64,000 nucleotides of DNA from NCBI GenBank assembly GCA_965153285.1, contig OZ229112.1, one strand, 5' to 3'. Shown piece by piece: positions 1-7,945 of the stretch. Below the pieces are notes generated by a model. That model did no database searches. It was not told the DNA's origin and saw nothing but the letters and a program-made list of their open reading frames with translations. The translations under genes were made by a program, and so were the position numbers. This DNA is from Podarcis tiliguerta (Eukaryota). Position 1 is the first letter of the stretch, and every line of letters starts with the position of its first letter.

Positions 1-183
1 GAACACACTATAACTTTAGATCACATTGAAGCCCTTTAAATCACATTCTTTCCCTCAAAGAATTCTGGGTGCTGTAGTTTTTGCCTCACAGAGTTACAAT
101 TCCCAACAACCCTTAACAAACCTAAGTGCCCAAAATTATAGGAGGGGGGGAATTTGCTTCAACTGTGATTTAATGGTATAGTA
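1..183. mobile_element. Degenerate palindromic MITE whose right terminus is split by the Ngaro insertion (remainder at 4723-4730)
   Basis: Internal motifs gaattctggg/tgtagttt/acaattccca resemble the MITE at 45668-46024. The rejoined flank reads ggtatagta-TTGT-aaacagcc, partly complementary to acactata at the window start. Confidence 0.5.
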
Positions 184-549
184 TTGTGGTTCGAGGACCC
201 GACCCCCGCCCCGTGGAAATGAACACACAAGGACACGTGATATATGGTTTATGGGCATGAAAAGGCCACAACTTTATTGGTTACAGCAGTGAAAAAGGTA
301 TTGGCTTAGGCATTGGATGTCCACCACAGGGGTTGAATCACCAGGGGGCGGAGCCTGTTGATGATAATACAACTATAGGCTCTCCCCTGACGTCACCAGG
401 GGTCGTGCCATGGCCTCCCGCCAAGCAGGCATCGGACGGAATACACGACCCCCAGATTCCTTTAACGGAATACCCAAAATTGAAGGCTTAGGCCGATGGC
501 CACACCTAGCCTTCCCACACACCATAACGCAATAATCCAATGCCTAACC
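184..549 (-). repeat. Split direct repeat B2 (366 bp)
   Basis: Identical by eye to 939-1304 (offset 755). Contains AATAAA on the - strand (tttatt at ~273-278). Confidence 0.95.
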
Positions 550-719
550 TACCCACCAATACCACAAAAGTTGTGACGATTGCTACGAGGTAGGCGAAAA
601 AACCTCATGGCCTACTGCCATGCGGAAAAACTCCTACCAGGCCCCCCGACTAACCAGGGCGACCAACCTAAGGTCCATAGCAAGGCCAATACCCTAAGCT
701 AAAGGGAGTGGAGGGTGGG

Positions 720-942
720 TGACTCTCGGCGAGACGGAGTGGAAAGAGGCTGAGGAGAGGGCTGGCGCTGCAATTTGAACTTGGCTGACCACACCCCCCA
801 GCGGCACCCGATTGGGTGCCGGTTGGTGGGAGGAGCGCCAGCCAGGGAACAGAAAGGCAGGGGGCTGAGCCCCCTGCTGTGGGCGGTGCTCAGGCTCCCG
901 TCCACAACCACTCCCCTCTCTTTCAGGGAGGAGAGTCTTTGT
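720..942 (-). repeat. Split direct repeat A2 (223 bp)
   Basis: Identical by eye to 4500-4722 (offset 3780). Confidence 0.95.
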
Positions 943-1304
943 GGTTCGAGGACCCGACCCCCGCCCCGTGGAAATGAACACACAAGGACACGTGATATAT
1001 GGTTTATGGGCATGAAAAGGCCACAACTTTATTGGTTACAGCAGTGAAAAAGGTATTGGCTTAGGCATTGGATGTCCACCACAGGGGTTGAATCACCAGG
1101 GGGCGGAGCCTGTTGATGATAATACAACTATAGGCTCTCCCCTGACGTCACCAGGGGTCGTGCCATGGCCTCCCGCCAAGCAGGCATCGGACGGAATACA
1201 CGACCCCCAGATTCCTTTAACGGAATACCCAAAATTGAAGGCTTAGGCCGATGGCCACACCTAGCCTTCCCACACACCATAACGCAATAATCCAATGCCT
1301 AACC
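939..1304 (-). repeat. Split direct repeat B1 (366 bp)
   Basis: Identical to 184-549. Overlaps A2 by the TTGT core (939-942), forming the circle-junction sequence. Confidence 0.95.
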
Positions 1305-1337
1305 GCCACCCGAGCCAAAGGCTCGCCGCCAATACCC

Positions 1338-1906
1338 TCACAGCTGCAACCAATCCCTGACGCTACTGATGATGCTGTCAAGCCACAGGTCATTCCGCAG
1401 GTCTGAGAGATGAACCCCGTCATCTCTATCCATGTTGCCAATCCGAATACGATCATGCACAATAACTTGGCCATTCCGACAGCGCACCCAACGGGACACG
1501 GCCCGGTTCAAAGTCTTTCTGATTTTCTCCACGGCCATACAACACTTCGCCCCTCGCCACACAATTCTCTTCAGGAGGGAGGACCAAAACACGGTAGTCC
1601 CAGGACACAAGACAGCAATCTCGCCCAAATCAGTTCTTATACTCCATGACAAGTCCGCCGTACTCCTGGTAACGAGGTCATTCTCGCCTAGCTGGACAAT
1701 AAGGATGTCGGGGGGGCCGAACAAGGCCACTTTCTCCCGCAACATAGGCATAAGCTCCTGCCAACGCATGCCCCATTTCATGAACCAGAAACAGCGGACT
1801 CCCGGATGTAGGCCAAGATTAACAGTGAGGTCGGAACTACACGCCCTTGCACGGGCCCAATGGACGATACTGTGGCCGCAAATCCACACGATCTTTTTGG
1901 CAGCAG
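1338..1906 (-). CDS. SGNH/GDSL-family hydrolase of the Ngaro element (probably a spliced 3' exon)
   Basis: Uninterrupted frame with SGNH blocks I (VWICGHS), II (KWGMRW), III (QLGENDL) and V (DGVH). No ATG at the start (the ORF track starts at GTG 1889); the first in-frame ATG lies after the catalytic Ser. Preceded by a polypyrimidine tract and CAG (ctttcttcttttcatcctcag, AG at 1908-1907). Confidence 0.85.
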
Positions 1907-1961
1907 CTGAGGATGAAAAGAAGAAAGCGACAGGTAAGTGGGGGGGTTAATGTAATGTAAT

Positions 1962-2138
1962 CTAGCGGATATAGGCTTTATATGCATCAGATTTCCACCG
2001 GCCCATCTCCTTAATCCTATCCACCGGCAAGCCCAAATGAGCGGCTGTTGTTGCAGCGCCGATCCGAAAGGAGTGCGCTGCGTAGTCTTGGGCAGGTAAC
2101 CCACAGGAATCCATGGCTCTGCGGAGCACCCTCGTGAA
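1962..2138 (-). pseudogene. Tyrosine recombinase C-terminal fragment (DIRS/Ngaro type)
   Basis: FTRVLRRAMDSCGLPAQDYAAHSFRIGAATTAAHLGLPVDRIKEMGRWKSDAYKAYIR has the HxxR box, GRW and catalytic Tyr. The N-terminal part with the first catalytic Arg is absent. Confidence 0.9.
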
Positions 2139-2244
2139 TGAAGGCATTGAGGAAATGCGAAATGGGTTTGGGTTCATTATTATGACGGTCGCCAGCTGCA
2201 GTGTGTGCTGGTGCTGCACCCGTGCGCTTCCTCTTGGGCGCCAT
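2139..2244 (-). pseudogene. Probable N-terminus of element ORF1 (gag-like), truncated by internal deletion
   Basis: ATG in good context starting MAPKRKRTGAAPAH... (basic, NLS-like start). Runs out of frame into the recombinase fragment at ~2138. Assignment is by position only. Confidence 0.45.
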
Positions 2245-2302
2245 GAGCTGCTCTGTGCACTAGTAAAATGCACCTACTATTTATTTTGTCACCAATTACA
2301 TT

Positions 2303-2497
2303 NNNNNNNNNNNNNNNNNNNNNNNNNNNNNNNNNNNNNNNNNNNNNNNNNNNNNNNNNNNNNNNNNNNNNNNNNNNNNNNNNNNNNNNNNNNNNNNNNN
2401 NNNNNNNNNNNNNNNNNNNNNNNNNNNNNNNNNNNNNNNNNNNNNNNNNNNNNNNNNNNNNNNNNNNNNNNNNNNNNNNNNNNNNNNNNNNNNNNNN
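2303..2497. other. Assembly gap (195 N)
   Basis: Run of N. Confidence 1.
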
Positions 2498-3924
2498 TTA
2501 TTATTTTATTTTATTATTGTTGTTGTTTTTAATTAGTATTAATATCACCAATCAATTAATAACTTGACTGTAAATAAATGTTAGTAAACAATTATTGGGC
2601 ATCAATAAAGTTCAGAGCACAGTTGATGAATTAACTATTAATCAATAGTATCTCAATTAATAGCCAATGGATTTATAGCTATGAGTAGGAATTACTATTA
2701 TCAATTGCTCCGCGTAAATGCTGACAAAATGAACAATAACCAGCAACCTTGGCATTATCAGCATTATGCTCCAACCAGTTGAGCTATCCAAGCTCTTAAG
2801 TTGCCCCTTTTAAATGATAGGCAAATCTAGGTGCAAAGCAATGCCAAGTAATCAAACAGAATTGAAAATAACTGCTTACAAGGAGATGCTCAGAAGCTGC
2901 AGCCAAAATAAGAGAAAAGGAAATCAATAAGATTCCACACCAGCGGCCCTGCTGGAGAAACTTTATCAAACAAAGGAAACTTTGCCAAACAAAGAAAAGT
3001 AAATCTTTGCCCACAAGGTCGGCTCAAGACCAGTTGAGGGAAATAAGGGTGATTAAACAGACAAAAGACTGTAATTGGTCAAACTGCTGGTTAGTTAAAC
3101 TGACAATGCAACTAGAGCTGCTGAACTGCCAGGTGCATAAAGACAATGCCTCCCAAAATGCTGGTCACTCAGAGAGCAATCAAGCCTGCCCCAGGAGTTG
3201 AAAAGCCTGTCTGGCAACTGTGATTACTCAGGCAAGAAGCAAAGGAAACTCCAAAGACCAATGTATCTCCTGAAAGGGGAGGGGTGGGGGGAGGGAGGAG
3301 GGGTGGAGGGCGGAGAAGGAAAGTGGGGGGGGGGGGGAGAGTTGGGAGGGAGGAGGGGTGGAGGCAAAATGAACATGCCGGGCAAGGAAAAATCTTTTGA
3401 AGAAAAGGAAAAATAGATGTCCTTACAGTGAGCCGAAATGAAGTGGAAATATAAACCTGGACTTTTCATTAAGGTACCATAAGCCGTAACCTTTGTTGTT
3501 GTTGTTGTTTAAAAGTGGTTTTCTTTAGGGAGCCTGTACTGGCAAGTGAAGCCAATGACAAGAACCAGGCAAAGGCACACCTTCAAAGGTTCTAAACGTA
3601 TAAACGTGCCGTGCTGAGGAATGGTTCCCTGATCAGAAACCCTGAATTGTCCACCCCAAGCCCTGCCTTATTTCTATCCTCCAAACATCAAGCGAAGGGG
3701 GGGGGGGTGGCTTAGAGAAACCAAGAGGGGTGAGGTTTAAGCGTACAGTCTTTCCCAAGCCCCGGCAGCCTTTAAAATTTACAGGGGGCTCCCGATTTAA
3801 GTGGTACCAATGGAAGGGATGGCAAGGTAAATTAAACCCACGCTAGAAGAGTAATAAATCAATAAACGGCAGGCACAAACACACGCTGCAAGCACACACA
3901 CACACACATACACAACTTAAAATT

Positions 3925-4041
3925 AGAAAGGAACAGGAAAAGGAACCCTGAGGATCATCTAGTCCAACCCAGGCAATGCAGAAATATTCAGCTGTCCCAT
4001 ACAGGGATCAAACTTGCAACCTTGCCATTATCAGCACCATG
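3925..4041 (-). mobile_element. Diverged tRNA(Ile)-headed, CR1-tailed SINE inside the Ngaro leader
   Basis: Reverse complement matches the SINE at 46304-46444 (gcatggtgctgataatggcaaggttgcaag...ttggactagatgatcctcag). Confidence 0.75.
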
Positions 4042-4499
4042 CAGTCACCCAGACCAGCCACGCAATTGGACAGGCAAGGGCAATAGAGGGGAAATGTACA
4101 AGCACCCTGACCAAAAATTAAAATAAAACGCACAGCTACCAAGCAGAGGCAGGGAAGACAAGCAAGGAGACAAGGGAGAAAGAAAGATGGAGCCACACTC
4201 ACACTCAGACCTCACCGGGGGCATGTGCTGGGCAGGGGAACAAGCTTAAGAAAGGTAATTCACACTTAGACCACACAAACAAATCAAGCACCAGAAGGGG
4301 GGGGGAATGGAAGGTTAAATGTAGGTTTTTACATGGGAAAAAGAGGACACAGCAAGGCAAACCTGGATTTTTAAAAGCAGTAAAGCAATGAGCGCACGCA
4401 AGCCTCCTAAAGTTAAAAGGCAAGCCTCCACACACACAGACCCCCCAACTCCAAACCTCGTGGCTCTTCCCTGTGATGACTGTGATGACTCCTAGCTGA

Positions 4500-4722
4500 T
4501 GACTCTCGGCGAGACGGAGTGGAAAGAGGCTGAGGAGAGGGCTGGCGCTGCAATTTGAACTTGGCTGACCACACCCCCCAGCGGCACCCGATTGGGTGCC
4601 GGTTGGTGGGAGGAGCGCCAGCCAGGGAACAGAAAGGCAGGGGGCTGAGCCCCCTGCTGTGGGCGGTGCTCAGGCTCCCGTCCACAACCACTCCCCTCTC
4701 TTTCAGGGAGGAGAGTCTTTGT
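4500..4722 (-). repeat. Split direct repeat A1 (223 bp, 5' terminus of the element)
   Basis: Identical to 720-942; ends at TTGT 4719-4722. Confidence 0.95.
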
Positions 4723-5035
4723 AAACAGCCTATCAGGGCTGGCCCGCCCATGAGGCAAGGTGAGGCAACCACCGCAAGTGGCAGTGCCTGCCCTGCTGCC
4801 TCAAGAGAAGGGGTACTGGCAGCAGTGCTGGTCTCCGGTGAGATCTTGCCAGAAGGCAGCACCACTGCCAGTGTTCTGTGGGCGCTGCTGTACAGCACAG
4901 GTAAGGCAATTTTCAGCGAATGCAAGGGGATATGTGTCAGTTTGCATTTCTTAGTGCAGAAAGTATTGATCTGTACACTTGTTGATTTGCACAGATCAAC
5001 TACAGTGCACACAGGGACAACTGTAGACTTAGATA

Positions 5036-5175
5036 ATAGAATCATAGAATTGGAAGGGACCATGAGGATTATCTAGGCCAACCTGCTGTAATGCAGGAAT
5101 CTTTTTGCCCAAAATGGGGCACGAACCGATGACCCTGAGATTCAGAGTCTCATGCTCTACCGACTGAGCTATCCC
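5036..5175 (-). mobile_element. tRNA(Lys)-derived SINE with CR1 3' tail
   Basis: The - strand reads GGATAGCTCAGTCGGTAGAGCATGAGACTCTGAATCTCAGGGTC..., then the CR1-type end tcccttccaattctatgattctat. Confidence 0.85.
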
Positions 5176-6299
5176 TTGAACATTACATGGAAATAAAAGT
5201 ATGAGTGTATAGCTCTGCTATTGTACACACAAATCGTGCATTCATTTTACATGATGCATGAACACTCCCTGTGTGAAACATTGCACCCGTGTTGATTTGC
5301 AAAGATGAGCTGCTGTGCACACAGGTACAATTGTATATTTGTTGACCATTACATGGGAATAACTGTATGAGCATACATCTCAGCTATTGTGCAAAAAAGG
5401 TACACAGATTGTGCACTTATGTTACATAATGTGTGAATACTCCTTGAATGAGCAAGCAATGAGAGGAAACATAATCCCTGCAGAATTTACCCTCTTTCTT
5501 TCTTTGTGATGGGGGGAAGCATGCAGATTGAGTCCACAGGAAGAGGCAAGGAAATGGGCAGTGGCAACAGCAACAAGAGCTACACCCAGAAAAGTGGCAT
5601 GCTGGCAGCAACTTGCCAAAGCCCCCCCCCCCCTCAAAAAAAGAACAAAACTGGAATTGGCACTTGCTATGAATGTCCTTTGCAAGGGTGATATGCCAAG
5701 AGAACAAAACGGGAGTGATGCATGGGAGCAAAGACATACATGGAGAAGAGGCAGGGATACAAAAAGACCAGGGTAGATTTGAGGGCAGTGATGCCTTCAG
5801 GGCAGGACTTAGGGGCAGGTATTTGGGGCCTCATTCAGAAGGATGCACAGGAGAGCCTACAAACACAGCAGTAACAGCAGTTACCTTGTGCAGTAAATAA
5901 AGCAACATTGTATTGTGTATTTATTATATTTATATATCACACTTTCTCCTGGAAGGAGCTCATGGATGTAACTGTGTTCACGGAAAACCCCTGATGGAGA
6001 AAGTTAGGGAGGCTGTTTACATTGGGTGGCGTTCAGCACTAGTCCTACTCAGAGTAGAACCATTGAAATGAATGTACCTAAGTTAGTCATGTCCATTAAC
6101 TTCAATAGGTCTGCTCTGAGTAGGACTAGCATTAACCGCCCCCGACACCTCCCAAAAATCTGTCCTTGGACATTTGGGGAGAGAAACCTTCAGAACAGTG
6201 TGGGAGGTTTTGTCAGAGCTGCAGGGGAATGAGTAGACTAAAACAGCCCCCTCCTCTTTCTTCCACGCAGAACCTCAGTCGGGATCCATACCTTTAAAG

Positions 6300-6431
6300 C
6301 TGTGGTAGCCAAGGTGGTCCCCTCCATGTGCTGTTGGACAACGGCTCCCATCATCTCTGATCGTTGCCTCTGATGGCTGATGGGGAATTGGAGTTGAACA
6401 ACAACTTGAGGGCCGCAAGATAGCAACTCTT
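6300..6431. mobile_element. Degenerate palindromic hAT-type MITE
   Basis: Imperfect hairpin (tgttggacaacggctcccatca...tgatggggaattggagttgaacaaca); same family as 60031-60167. Confidence 0.55.
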
Positions 6432-7511
6432 GCTTTAAAAGGAAAATAAATTAAGCAGAGGTAAAGGCTGGACCAAGCTCCTCTATCTGCCACTGCATCA
6501 AAAATATTGTAAATGTAATGAGACCTCACCGCAGCTTAATATAGTTTATTGATGCAATCCAAACCTATTGCCCTCAAGAGTTCTGGAATAGCACTAGTAT
6601 TCCACCAAAAAACATTTACAGTTCCAATTAAACTTATAGGGCATTGTGAGATTGTTGTTTTTTTACTCCTTTATGCAGAAAATTGTTTTCCAAAGGCCAC
6701 CTCAGTCTTTATTTTTCCTTCTTCAACAAAAATGATATATGCATTCCTTTCCAGGGTTACTGATAAGAGACCTTTGGAGGTGGATCAGGAGAGGATATTG
6801 AAAGGCATATGCTTGAGACCCAAACACTTTCATTAAATGTTCGCCCTGATTACCATACAATATACTTTCTGAATTGAATGCTGAATTGTACATCCAAAAC
6901 TCATTTTATACTAAGCAGCTACTTTGAAAGGGGAGAAAAGGCAGTGGAGAAATGGAAACTATAAGACACGTTATCTGTGCTTCAAATAATAGAGTGATGT
7001 CTATCTACAAAAATGCTAAATCAAGTTTCAGTTCTTGCTATTGCTGGTCATTAACTATAAAACTTTAAAAACTTGTAACCAACTGCTGGAAATCATTTAT
7101 CCTGCTCTCCTGCACTACTATTAATACCAGGATAATCTATCTCTGTTAGAAAAAGTTTAATCTTCCAAAATTCTTTTTGAAAAGGAAATGAAGGGCTTTT
7201 TTTAAAAAAAAAAGTTCTGATGCTATTTCAAGATTTACAGTCTTATATGGGAAGTAAAATGATAGGAAATTTATTGCATTCTTTAGTCATTTGTATTGTA
7301 TTTGAGAAGGCAGAGAAAAAATCATGGCTGCATTTTTGTTGTCATCTAGGAAGAGTTGCCAACTTGTTGCTGTACTTCTGCAGCTTGGTACATTTTGTCC
7401 AAGGTGAGATTGCAGTCTTGTGCAGTAAGGCTGCTCAAATCCAGCGATCTCAGTGGGGCTGGATGCTATTTCTTTTCGGGCAGACACAGCTGAATCTCCT
7501 TCCTTCAAAGC

Positions 7512-7516
7512 TAATA

Positions 7517-7556
<40 letters not shown>

Positions 7557-7945
7557 TTATTAGTTATACCTCACCTCACCCATCTAGCTGGGTTGCCCCA
7601 GCCACTTTGGGCGGCTTCCAACACATATAAAAACAGAATAAAATGTTAAACATTAAAAAACTTTCTGATTCAGAGCTGCCTCCACATGTCTTCCAAAACT
7701 TGTGTATTTCTTTATCTCCCTGACATCTGATGGGAGGATGTTCCACAGGGAGGGTGCCCTTTGCCTGGTTCCCTGTAATGTCGCTTCTCGCAGTGTGGGA
7801 GCCGCCAGAAGACCCTCGGCGCTGGACCTCAGTGTCTGGGCTGAATGATGGGGGTGGAGATGCACCTTCAGGTATATAGGGCCAAAGCCATTGAGGGCTT
7901 TAAAGGTCAGCACCAACACTTTTAATTGTGTTCATAAAACATACT
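7512..7945 (-). mobile_element. L2 (LINE2) 3' fragment with (TAT)n tail
   Basis: ORF 7653-7919 (LVLTFKALNGFGPIYL...LRSS...APSLWNILP) is the typical L2 ORF2 C-terminus. Followed by a 3' UTR and an (AAT)n microsatellite at 7512-7552. Confidence 0.85.

Larger units (their letters stand above)
184..4722 (-). mobile_element. Ngaro-type (DIRS order) tyrosine-recombinase retrotransposon, internally deleted / non-autonomous copy
   Basis: Split direct repeats in the order A1(4722-4500)...B1(1304-939)-A2(942-720)-spacer-B2(549-184) on the - strand. Contains a tyrosine recombinase C-terminus and an SGNH hydrolase frame. The same TTGT tetramer marks both ends and the internal B1/A2 junction. No RT/RNase H ORF seen; assembly gap at 2303-2497. 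Confidence 0.9.

Noticed and set aside
694-1047. ORFs across repeats A/B, and at 4413-5076
   Set aside because: They run through non-coding terminal repeats and across element boundaries, with no domain motifs.
1432-1950. 172-aa + strand ORF
   Set aside because: It is the antisense shadow of the SGNH hydrolase frame.
5105-5175. tRNA-Lys-like sequence (also the tRNA-Ile-like sequence at 46304-46368)
   Set aside because: The stems are mutated and fused to CR1 tails, so these are SINE heads, not tRNA genes.
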